This document shows, piece after piece, positions 48,801 through 59,556 of a DNA stretch of 64,000 nt (positions within the stretch are counted from its first letter, which is position 1; every line of letters begins with the position of its first letter). Source of the DNA: Hydractinia symbiolongicarpus (taxonomy: Eukaryota); the NCBI RefSeq assembly GCF_029227915.1, contig NC_079887.1, positions 16,096,214 to 16,160,213 on the forward strand, written 5' to 3'. The notes beneath the pieces were generated by a model. It was not told the origin of the DNA and searched no databases. It saw only the letters and a program-made list of their open reading frames with translations. A program made the translations under genes and the position numbers.

Positions 48801-51800
48801 ATAAATAAAAGAATGAATAAAAGAATAAATAAAAGAATGAATAAAAGAATAAATAAAAGAATGAATAAAGAATGAATAAAAGAATGAATAAAAGAATGAA
48901 TTAAAGAATAAATAAAAGAATGAATAAAAGAATAAATAAAAGAATGAATAAAAGAATAAATAAAAGAATGAATAAAAAAATGAATAAAAGAATAAATAAA
49001 AGAATGAATAAAAGAATGAATAAAAGAATAAATAAAAGAATGAATAAAAGAATAAATAAAAGAATGAATAAAAGAATAAATAAAAGAATGAATAAAGAAC
49101 GAATAAAAGAATGAATAAAAGAATGAATTAAAGAATGAATAAAAGAATGAATAAAGGAATGAATAAAAGAATGAATAAAAGAATGAATAAAAGAATAAAT
49201 AAAAGAATAAATAAAAGAATAAATAAAAGAATGAATAAAAGAATGAATTAAAGAATAAATAAAAGAATGAATAAAAGAATGAATAAAAGAATGAATAAAA
49301 GAATGAATAAAAGAATAAATAAAAGAATGGATAAAAGAATAAATAAAAGAATGAATAAAAGAATGAATAAAAGAATGAATAAAAGAATGAATAAAAGAAT
49401 TAATAAAAGAATAAATAAAAGAATGAATAAAAGAATGAATAAAGAATGAATAAAAGAATGAATAAAAGAATGAATAAAAGAATAAATAAAAGAATGAATA
49501 AAAGAATAAATAAAAGAATGAATAAAAGAATGAATAAAAGAATGAATAAAAGAATGAATAAAAGAATAAATAAAAGAATGGATAAAAGAATAAATAAAAG
49601 AATGAATAAAAGAATGAATAAAAGAATAAATAAAAGAATGAATAAAAGAATGAATAAAAGAATAAATAAAAGAATGAATAAAAGAATAAATAAAAGAATG
49701 AATAAAAGAATAAATAAAAGAATGAATAAAGAATGAATAAAAGAATGAATAAAAGAATGAATTAAAGAATGAATAAAAGAATGAATAAAGGAATGAATAA
49801 AAGAATGAATAAAAGAATGAATAAAAGAATAAATAAAAGAATAAATAAAAGAATAAATAAAAGAATGAATAAAAGAATGAATTAAAGAATAAATAAAAGA
49901 ATGAATAAAAGAATGAATAAAAGAATGAATAAAAGAATGAATAAAAGAATAAATAAAAGAATGGATAAAAGAATAAATAAAAGAATGAATAAAAGAATGA
50001 ATAAAAGAATGAATAAAGGAATGAATAAAAGAATGAATAAAAGAATGAATAAAAGAATAAATAAAAGAATAAATAAAAGAATAAATAAAAGAATGAATAA
50101 AAGAATGAATAAAAGAATAAATAAAAGAATAAATAAAAGAATGAATAAAAGAATAAATAAAAGAATGAATAAAAGAATAAATAAAGGAATGAATAAAAGA
50201 ATAAATAAAAAAATGAATAAAAAAATAAATAAAAGAATGAATAAAGAATAAATAAAAGAATGAATAAAAGAATGAATAAAGGAATGAATAAAAGAATGAA
50301 TAAAAGAATGAATAAAAGAATAAATAAAAGAATAAATAAAAGAATAAATAAAAGAATGAATAAAAGAATGAATAAAAGAATAAATAAAAGAATGAATAAA
50401 AGAATGAATAAAAGAATGAATAAAAGAATGAATAAAAGAATGAATAAAAGAATGAATAAAAGAATAAATAAAAGAATGAATAAAAGAATGAATTAAAGAA
50501 TAAATAAAAGAATGAATAAAAGAATGAATAAAAGAATGAATAAAAGAATGAATAAAAGAATAAATAAAAGAATGAATAAAAAAATAAATAAAAGAATGAA
50601 TAAAAGAATAAATAAAAGAATGAATAAAAGAATAAATAAAAGAATGAATAAAAGAATGAATAAAAGAATGAATAAAAGAATGAATAAAAGAATGAATGAA
50701 TAATAAACGAATAAACAAACACGACGAACTCACTTTTATTGGGATGACATCCGTTTAAACCGGTTTGAAATATTTCAGTAGTCAGTAACACAATACCATA
50801 ATACGCAAACGCCGAAGTAAACCTGAGAAAATGAATTGAAGAACATCTGTAGGAAATTATATAACGTGATGTAGTCAAAGGTTGTTAAAAAACATGTTAA
50901 AAAATAATCAGACATTACATTGTAATTAAGCTGCTGATAAAAATTATTTTAATAACTTTAATGTGACTCTTCTCAGTCGACAGGAGCGATCTTACTCATT
51001 TCCTGAATGTAGCAAATTTGTTTGCGTCCGAATCCTGGTATATTACATTTAAAGTCACGTAGTTAGGCGGTGGTGCCGTAATTAGGAACATAAAGCGTGC
51101 CAAAGTGTCATTTTAAGAAAAATATTTAAGGTGTTCATTACCAGTTCCCTTGTACCTTACGAAGTAGAAAATTGATGATCGCGGAATTAACACGAATGAC
51201 TAAAACTACTTATAAAAAAGAAATTGATAAACGTGATTCAGCTGAAGTACTTACTATAAACATTAAAATATATTTATCTTTATTCTGAGAAAGGGTTCAT
51301 TAACAACCAGTTTCTCTTGCTTTCTTCAAGACGTTTACAATATCAGCTGCCCTGCAGCCTACCCTAATCACATTAAGTGAGTGAACCGTGTCAGGACGAT
51401 ACTAATTTTTTTTTCGTTAATCAAAGAAGAGCGAAATACGCGTATTTGAGCTTTGTATTATGACTGCTAGAAAAAAATATTTTTTTAAACTTTAATTACA
51501 GGTTTTAAATTAACTAGTAACTTTTTATATTTAAGGACCTGATACACTTGTATAATATTACTGAAATATACTTTATACTAGTATATAGTTGCAACTACTT
51601 GTCGCCCTTGTTTACCGTGATATGACAGTTGTTCTTTCAAATCTGATACATATGCACCCCTTATTTTCCAAAGCCATGATTAGCCCCAACACCAACCTTG
51701 ACCCCAGGACTGGTTCTCTTTTTATAAACCCTGGGCTCGAGGTTGCACCAACACGCGAAGTGCACAATGAAAGGATACTCAGTGCGTTTTATCTGATCAC

Positions 51801-54800
51801 GTGTGCACATTCTACCTCCGCATGCTAGGTTTAAATCTGGAAGTTACATCAACATTCGATTTTATTTCTAGTGGACTTTTTCAAGAGCAGCAAACAGTTT
51901 ATAACTATTAGAATCCGGAAAGAATAGCAAAATATTTCAGTTAAATTTTTTAAAGAATTATTTTGCACAGTATTATATACAGTGATATACGGCTGAATTT
52001 CATGCTACATTCTACCTCACTATAAATAGGACTATATTTATACTGTTTTACGTGCACAATTGATACTTTCGTTTAAAATGCAGTCTGTGAAGCATTTAAA
52101 ATAAAACTTTATAAATATTTATTTAAAAAAGGAATTAAAAAATCCCAATCAAAAAATAAGATTTTAGGACAAATAACACTTTTTTCAGACACACGCATAA
52201 AAAATGTAAAAGTATATATCATACAGCATAAAAATATAGAAAAAAATCCAACGATTACTTTAAAAATATAAAAGCTGCAGGTCTACTATAGACCTGCAGC
52301 TTTTATATTTTTAAATCAAATTTATAGCTTAAAAAATTTAAAGGCATAATCTATAAAATCTGCAAAAACAAAATCTATAGATATATGCATCAGTTCATGT
52401 TAATGGTGGCAAGTTTTGCTGCAAGTTTAAGCCAAAAACCTTGTGGTTTACTGGTTGTAACGTATCAGAAGGACTTTACCTTTAATCATTTACAAGTACG
52501 TCTTTTATATTTCCAGTTAGGATCTCCATTAAATTTGTCCTTCTTTTCAGTCACATGCGGGTAAAACAGACAAAAATCATTTGTCAACAACTATATAATG
52601 GGTCTATTCAAAAATGCGTACATACTATTAATAGTCAATCTTATACTCCATTGTATGCTTTGCTTTCGACTTACCCCTTTTCCGAGTTACAGATCACCCC
52701 TCCCCGAAAAATCAACTTAATGACTATTAATTATAACACGTTACTTGAAAAAAGGACAATTGGTAACTATGGCAGGTTTAAGGTGTTAAAGTTGAAATAA
52801 CCACGCACTTTTTGCAGAAAAGATACCTAAAAAACCGCACTAATTTTTTAAAGCGTATATAGATTTGTAGGGCCTTTGAAGACCCCCTTCCCCTTGTACA
52901 CTTTGATACGCTACATGGACGTTTGTCATGGTGGGTGGGTGGCTTCGTGAGAACGCCAGGAGCAACTGTAGGATTTGTGCAGAAAAATCTTGGTTATCAT
53001 ATCAAAGCTGCAAACACAAATACGCACTTCTAGCTACACACAAAGAATGAGAATTTCCAAGTGGACTCAGTGAGTAAGTGTGTAACTGTGTTGCAGTTTA
53101 TATTTTATTAAATTTTTTTGTGTACATTTTCTGAAGTTTAGCCGAACGTCAATTGGACGTTTGGAAAAATGCGAGTGCTCTCTCTTTCCCAAATCCAAAC
53201 TTACAGATTCTTTTTGCAGGACTTTACAGAACTTTACATAAAGAAAAAAAAATTAAAATGCTGCAGCTACTTACATTACATAGACATATAGCTAGCTACC
53301 TCCAGGGTGTAGGCTTTTTAAGCAGTGTGCAAATGATGAGTCCAGCATGGAAATTGATCTAGCTAGCTATCAACATTATCAACAAAGTGTTTTTCACAGC
53401 TATGTAATGCAAGAATGTATAAAGTTGTCATCATTAAAAGATTCTTCCAGATTACTGTCATCTTGGCATCAGTGTCAGTTACAATACTCACTCAAACCTT
53501 TCTATGTTTGCCGCCATGACAGTTTGATGTCACAAACCTGGCTTTTAAGTACAGCTTCACAATTAATTTTTCTTAACTTTTCTTAGGTTCTATTCCTTTA
53601 TTTTAAAGTTTGTGCTACTTCGAAGCTGTACTACGTAAGTAGTTTGTTTACACGAAATCAAGTAGCACAGCACGAAACGCAAGATTTCGCTCAGCAAAAA
53701 AACTTTTTATTCACGCCTGGCGGACTAAGAGCCGCCCCTTATGGGGCTGCAAATATTAATATAATTTCTTAAAATCTCTTACAATATAGCTATATGTTTA
53801 ATTTCAACACCTGGCATGTGCGTCATAACCTCATAATTTGCTGCATGGCTATAATCTATATTATAATACCCGTATACGGCTGTCTGTCTGTCTGTCACGC
53901 AAAATGGTAGCTTAGCTGCGCAAGTAGCGAGACGCACGTGATGTGGTATTAAAAGGACGGGCGAACCCGTGGATTTTTCCACGGGCTAACGACTAGAATT
54001 TGAATAAAATCAAGCAAGTTTGATTTTAATAATATTGTTGGTGATCTGGTTTCGAATGCCTTTGGTTCGTGTGACAATAGATCTATTATCTGCTAGCGTT
54101 GTTGTGGCAACGATGTTATGAAATTAAATGAAATTAGAACGATATTATAATATTTTGGAATAAGGTATTGCAAGTTATTAAAATGTGCTTTGTATATATA
54201 CAGTTGACTCTCGATAACTCGAACTTTCACGCGAGACCTTAAAAAAAGTTCAACCTAGTTATCGAGAGTCAACTGTGTCGATATTTTGAATGAACTTACC
54301 AAATGATCCAAAGTAACGCAGTTGTCTTTCTCCATTCTTTTGTAAACAAATCGAAAATCCTTCCACGCTTAGTCTGAAAAGAACATAAGACAAAATCTAA
54401 ACACTTTTCCGACATAGTCTAGAACGAAGCGAAATCACCCACTCTTCCCCACGTCAGCTCAGTCGATAAAGGAAAGCGCTCGATTTGTGTCCAAAAGGTA
54501 GTCTGTTCGATCTTCACATAAGGCTGTTGTCCAGATGGGAAAAAATTTAAGATTTCTATGGATCATTTGTGGTCCCTCCTGAAAAATTTAATAGGGTACA
54601 TAGCACGAAATAAGTGAGGCTAACCACGTCAAATATAAATCACCACCACTACTACAATGCTGATAAGAAGCTTGGGTATGCAAATCAACTTCAACCATCA
54701 ACATTGTTTAAAAAAATAAAAATAACATACATTAATTTCGCCGGTCACCAATACGCCTTTTGGCATGGGCACTTTATTACTCTTCGAAATTCTCTCCAGC

Positions 54801-57642
54801 AGGTCCAAAACCTTTCTATTTTTGCCAGTAGTCATCAAGAATCGAGGTGATTCAGGAAGCCACTAGAACATAAACAAAATTTATTATTTTTTGGAAATGC
54901 ATAAAGAGGCCTTGTTTTGATGTGAAATTACAGCGTCTAAGTTTTCGATACTTGGATATAAATTTTTAAAAATGTTAAAGAATGTTGTGCAATTGCGCAC
55001 TAATAAGATAATCGGTAATCGTGTTCTTCCGGGCACACAATGAAAAGCTGAAAACTGGTATATGATTTCAAAGAAACGCTGCAACCTATCCAGTTTAGCG
55101 CAGCTTAGAATTCAATCACTAGAGTACACCTTTAATTTCGTGAAAAACAGTTTCCCTTTGATTATAGTATACTGCGCAAAAAATAAAAGTTAGAAAGAAG
55201 AAAAAACTTTGATAATGGTATACTGCGCAGAAAGCTTAATATAAAAGTTAGCAAGAGCAAAAAATCTGTCATAACAAGTAGCAGTTCAAGAAAAAAAAAT
55301 ACAGTTAAACCATACGCAGACCAAATTTTTTATTTCCCCAATTTTGAGATTGTTTTAATAATTTATTTTAACATTTGCTGCAACTTATGAAACCAAAATC
55401 ATTTCCCTCATATAAAGTGAAAATACAAAGAAACATCTTACAATCCCAGTCACCATAAACAACAGCATTGGTAGAGTGATGAGGATGAGATACCATCTCC
55501 AGTTCAAACTCGACATAGCACTAATGGCTATAGCAGCAGCGAAAACTGACCCAATGGCCCAAAAGAACTAAAAGAATGAAATGATGCAATTATTGTGGCT
55601 GTGAGTTGCGTATCTGGATGTGGACGGATTTTTATTCTGAAATTGGACTTCTTTTTAACGGTGCACATTGAAACTGTCTAGTTTCTTCACAGGCAGGACG
55701 GTCAATAAAAATTCTTTATCAACAATATTATACGCAATCCGAACCAACATCCAAGCCACGTTACATAATTACCACACAGTTTGGCACTTAGTTTGACTTG
55801 AAAACATCTGTGACTTGAAAACATCTGTGTTTGAGTAATCGCTAAAACCCCCTTCAGCATAAAGCAGAAATCTTCAAAACTTCAGAAAGCAACAAATAAA
55901 ACAAAATTTCATACCTCTAGGAAGACAATAGACCGTCCCCTTGATGATGAAGGTAGTAACTCAGTTACTATGGTAACACTAAATAAATTAAATACAGACA
56001 TGTCAAACATGTTTTTTTATTAACGTGTAATTTAGTGTAATAAAACCTTTCCCAATAGCTTGATAGCAGAACAATTCGCTGGAAATATCCAAAAAAATTC
56101 ACACCAGACCTGAATCTTATTAGACAATATTAGGATCTAAAAGGTGATTTTAACATTTACAAACCTATTTCAAAGATGGCAAAGTAATCTCATTCTTTTG
56201 TCAACACAAAAGGTAAAAATTAAAATGATGAACCTAATTTTAGCCATATAATAGTTTGTTACATAAAAGATATTTTTGAAGTAATAATACAAATAAACAA
56301 AAAAAAACACATACGCTTGGGGTACACCGCCAATCCCAAATCCAACGAGCAGTCGAAGTAGAAGAATCCAAACATATGAAGGTGCTTGTGAACTGAGAAT
56401 GCCAAAAAATAAAACCAATGATACACTCAAATATAGAGCCTAAAAAGCGTATTATCGTTTATAAGCAATAAACTAAGGTCAGGTCAGTGAAAAACATCCT
56501 ACTCTGCTATCACTGTAATTCTGCTTACTATTCACGTGGGTATTTGCTTATTCCAGTCACTATCATGTTTTCCCTTATCCCAACAACTTAAAAATTCAGG
56601 ACTTGAAACTCAATTTAACGCATTTCACCATATATACTTGTAGCGTGACATAGTGTTTATTTTACGTATGTTCTTTGGCTGTCATATATCCTTACACAAA
56701 AAAAAACTTTTAAAAAAAAGGTTTATGTAAACAAATTTTACCAAAAATACACTTGAAATTGGGTATTATAAACACAAAAGATATATCATTGGTATACCTA
56801 CCTTTTTTCGCCCAAACTTGTCACTGGCAAATCCCCATGAATAAGAACCAATACCTTGACCCAAAAAGACCATCTGCAGGAAAAAATTTTTAGTAATGAC
56901 TAGATCATTTTTACTATGACATGACATAAAACACGGCGTTTTTATATAGAATATCTGGACCATAATATGAAGGAGGGGTGGGTTATATAACAAAGCAACC
57001 AAAACAGACATACTGTTGTAATTAAAGCCTCTTTGAAAGTTGTCAAATTCCATTCGCACATCAAAACAGGAGATAAGATGGATAGTACCATCATCTCCAT
57101 TGCATCTGCCATCTATGAAAAACAAAAAATGGTAACAATACTAGTTTTGCACCTTGTATTTTCATATAGGGGAACAAGAAAACTTAAAATCATAATTGCT
57201 AGCTCAATAAGCTGAATATGTTCTGGCTTCTGCTGAATAAAAGGTAAGGTCTTGGTTCAAACCCAGACCCTTTCAACTTATTTGCATACTTGTTATGGTA
57301 CAGAAGGCTCATGATAGAAGTAGCACCACAAAAATTTATCACCCTGGTCGAGAGAACTTCCTTCAAGTTTGAATGACAATAGGATTTTCCAACCAAATAT
57401 GCAACTTTTTACAACTTAATGCATTTCATAGGCTAACACTCATACCGCACAAAACGCAGCAAGAATCTTCCTTTGTTAGGTTTATACATTATGCATATGC
57501 ACATACGCATTTTTAAAGCATAAAAGTTTATTACCCATGATAAGCCAGCTATCAGGATAACTTTGATTTGAAAAGAACCGAATCCAAAGTGTTCTATAGC
57601 ATCGTCAAGTGTGTAACTTTCTTCACCTAAATAAAATGAAGC
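45852..57642 (-). CDS. SVOP: SVOP-like (synaptic vesicle 2-related protein) MFS transporter, 13 coding exons resolved; terminal exon(s) not located
   Basis: Exons on the minus strand, listed 5' to 3': 57535-57642 (the ATG at 57642 is a candidate start), 57014-57112, 56802-56873, 56315-56439, 55915-55978, 55442-55567, 54731-54862, 54300-54373, about 50733-50822, 47610-47721, 46917-46998, 46160-46249 and 45852-45965. The protein blocks are [39 protein letters not shown] | [33 protein letters not shown] | [24 protein letters not shown] | [41 protein letters not shown] | [22 protein letters not shown] | [42 protein letters not shown] | [44 protein letters not shown] | [25 protein letters not shown] | [29 protein letters not shown] | [37 protein letters not shown] | [28 protein letters not shown] | [30 protein letters not shown] | [38 protein letters not shown]. 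They are collinear with vertebrate SVOP at [85 protein letters not shown]...[43 protein letters not shown] and FLPIETKGR. The splice junctions are GT-AG with matching phases. The coordinate near 50733-50822 is uncertain by 1-2 nt. Confidence 0.85.
47340..47470 (-). repeat. Short dispersed element 'family X', copy C (reverse orientation), in an SVOP-like intron
   Basis: The reverse complement of 47352-47400 is cgtgctgacgggcgaacccgttgacttttccacgagttaacgactat, which matches aaggacgggcgaacccgtggatttttccacgggctaacgactag of copies A and B. The upstream part also matches (ctataataata... caaaatggctgcgc). Confidence 0.4.
48000..50720. repeat. Satellite with 12-bp unit (AATGAATAAAAG)n, ~2.7 kb and ~220 units, with variant units AATAAATAAAAG, AATGAATAAAGG and AATGAATTAAAG
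   Basis: It is directly visible in the sequence and regular from ~48180 to 50700. Because the unit length is a multiple of 3, all frames stay open. This explains the MNKRMNKR ORFs and the 492-aa minus-strand ORF 49400-50878. It lies in the intron between the SVOP-like exons at ~50733 and 47721. Confidence 0.98.
52260..52314. repeat. Perfect palindrome: 25-bp arms around a 5-nt loop
   Basis: The sequence is ttaaaaatataaaagctgcaggtct-actat-agacctgcagcttttatatttttaa. Confidence 0.8.
53856..53990 (+). repeat. Short dispersed element 'family X', copy B
   Basis: The sequence is taatctatattataatacccgtatacggctgtctgtctgtctgtcacgcaaaatggtagcttagctgcgcaagtagcgagacgcacgtgatgtggtattaaaaggacgggcgaacccgtggatttttccacgggctaacgactag. 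Confidence 0.5.
54192..54290. mobile_element. Miniature MITE / hairpin element, same terminal-repeat family as 1487-1922
   Basis: tacagttgactctcgataactcgaac ... gttcaacctagttatcgagagtcaactgtg: these are 20-bp perfect inverted repeats separated by ~45 bp. Confidence 0.5.
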
Positions 57643-58450
57643 AGAAATCATTAATACAAAATATTTTATGGTAACTAACAAACAGAGTTCTATGCAATTT
57701 TTCTTGTTTTGGCAGAATTAATTACTCAGCAAAAGCTCTTACACATGCTTACAAAGTCTAAGAAAAAACTTTTACCAAGCACAACAAGGTTAAACTATGG
57801 AATTTGCTCCTTAAAACAATTCTTTTTTTTAAACACTTTTTAAAGCAAAGATCATCTCCAACACAACGAAAAACAGAAAATTATCCTTATCCTAAATAAA
57901 CTCGCAATTTTTATCACATATATACAGTTATGTTTAATAAAGCACAATAATCTGTTTGTTAATGCATGTCTGTCAATGTTGTGGTTCACCACAATTTTTC
58001 TCTATTTAATTGATTGATTGATGAAATGAATTGTAGTTTGTCATGAAATTTCAAACAAACTTTTAAGAAAAATTAAGCCCAAATGTTTCAATATAATTAA
58101 TAAAATTCCTCTTGTAATTATATACCTACTGTATATATACCTACTATCTACTGTAAGTGGAAGTAAGAAAAATTGTTTGCGAAATAATGTTAAGTGGTAA
58201 GTGAGTTTAGGTGTGCAAAAAGAAACAAGAGCAAAGACAGAAACTATCACGCATTCACGTACAAGAACAAAAAATTATAAATTTTCAAAAACTACAAAAA
58301 AGAACATAGGAATTAAAGCTTTTTAAATATAACTATATAAATATATAGATAAAGCCCCATTTCTGTAACAAAAAAATCTGAATATTGAATTTAATTATAA
58401 AAAAAAAAGTTGTTAACATAAAGTTGTCTAAACAAAAAATTATAAGCAAG

Positions 58451-59556
58451 AAGTGTAAATGTTGGTGTACATCAGGGTTCTGTACTTAGTCCTTTGTTGT
58501 TTGTTCTAGTCTTAGAAGCGCTGTCGATGGAGTTCAGAACAGATTGTCCATAGGAGTTATTGTATGCAGATGATTTGGTTCTCATAGCAGAGTCGATGGA
58601 AGAATTAGTTGAAAAGTTTGAGAAGTGGAAGAAAGGACTAGAAGAGAAAGGGCTAAAGGTAAACACAGCAAAGTCTAAAGTCATGATTAGTAGCATTGCA
58701 GCCAAGTGTGACCTTGTAGTTGGAAAGTGGCCTTGTGGAGTTTGCAGGAAAGGGGTTGGTAGTAACTCAATTTTTTGTCAGACTTGCAAGCATTGGATAC
58801 ATAAGAAGTGCAGTAGTATTAGTGGAAGGTTAAGAGCTGACATTCAGTTTGTATGCAAGCGTTGCAAAGGTGAGATTATAGAGAATGAAGTATTTCCAGC
58901 TGTAATGATGTACAACAGTGGCTCCTTAGAGATAGTTGAGAACTTCTGTTACTTAGGTGATATGTTGGGCAGTGAAGGGGGTGTTGGAAGAAGTGTTACT
59001 TGCAGGATAGGTTCTGCTTGGAGAAAGTTCAGAGAGTTACTTCCTTTGATGACTAGCAGAGTCCTGTCAATTGAGGTAAAAGGTAGGTTGTATGAGGCCT
59101 GTGTAAGAAGTGTTACGTTGTACGGTAGTGAGACATGGGCAGTGAAGCAGGAAGATCTTGGCCGTTTAGAAAGGAATGATATGAGAATGGTTATAGGTGG
59201 ATGTGTAATGCCAGTCTGAGAGACAGAAAGAGTTCAGATGAGCTAAGAAGCAGGCTAAGTCTCCGTAGAATTAAAGATGTTATCCAGATAAGAAGATTGA
59301 ATTGGCTGGGGCACTTGAAAAGAATGGAGGAGGATAATCAGGTAAGGAAGTGTAGAGACTTGATAGTTCCTGGGGCAAAGCCCAGAGGCAGACCGAGAAA
59401 GAATTGGCAGGAGGTTATAAGGACAGACTTGATACAGAGGAAGTTGAGTTTAGATCTAACATAGATCAGATTGAAAGAGGGTCATTAATATACCCCGTCC
59501 AACCCATGCTAGCATGGAAAACCGACGTTAAGCCGAGAATGATGATGATGAGAATT
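58451..59556 (+). mobile_element. 5'-truncated LINE copy 1: RT C-terminal motifs, PHD-type zinc finger and basic tail, with an (ATG)n 3' end
   Basis: Motifs present are VHQGSVLSPLLFVLVLEALSMEFRTDCPWELLYADDLVLIAES, the PHD-like CGVCRKGVGSNSIFCQTCKHWIHKKCSSISG...CKRC, then ...RLNWLGHLKRMEEDNQVRKCRDLIVPGAKPRGRPRKNWQEVIRTD. There is a frameshift near 59200. The 3' end is atgatgatgatgatg at 59541-59556. Confidence 0.85.

Noticed and set aside
50759-50761. One-base discrepancy between my reading of the printed sequence (ccc) and the frame implied by the supplied ORF track (cc)
   Set aside because: I cannot resolve this without tools. I followed the ORF-track frame for the SVOP-like exon at ~50733-50822 and flagged ±1-2 nt uncertainty. 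No biological claim such as a frameshift or pseudogene is made from it.
49400-50878. 492-aa minus-strand ORF and many 60-144-aa plus-strand ORFs (MNKRMNKR...) across 48.2-50.7 kb
   Set aside because: They are artefacts of the 12-bp-unit satellite, which keeps all frames open. Only the first ~30 codons of the minus-strand ORF ([19 protein letters not shown]...) are real coding sequence; they are the SVOP-like exon at ~50733-50822.
54952-55047. Candidate SVOP-like exon [15 protein letters not shown]...
   Set aside because: It contains an in-frame TAG. A better exon that encodes the same protein segment without a stop lies at 54731-54862 with matching splice phase. It is kept only as a possible pseudo-exon finding.
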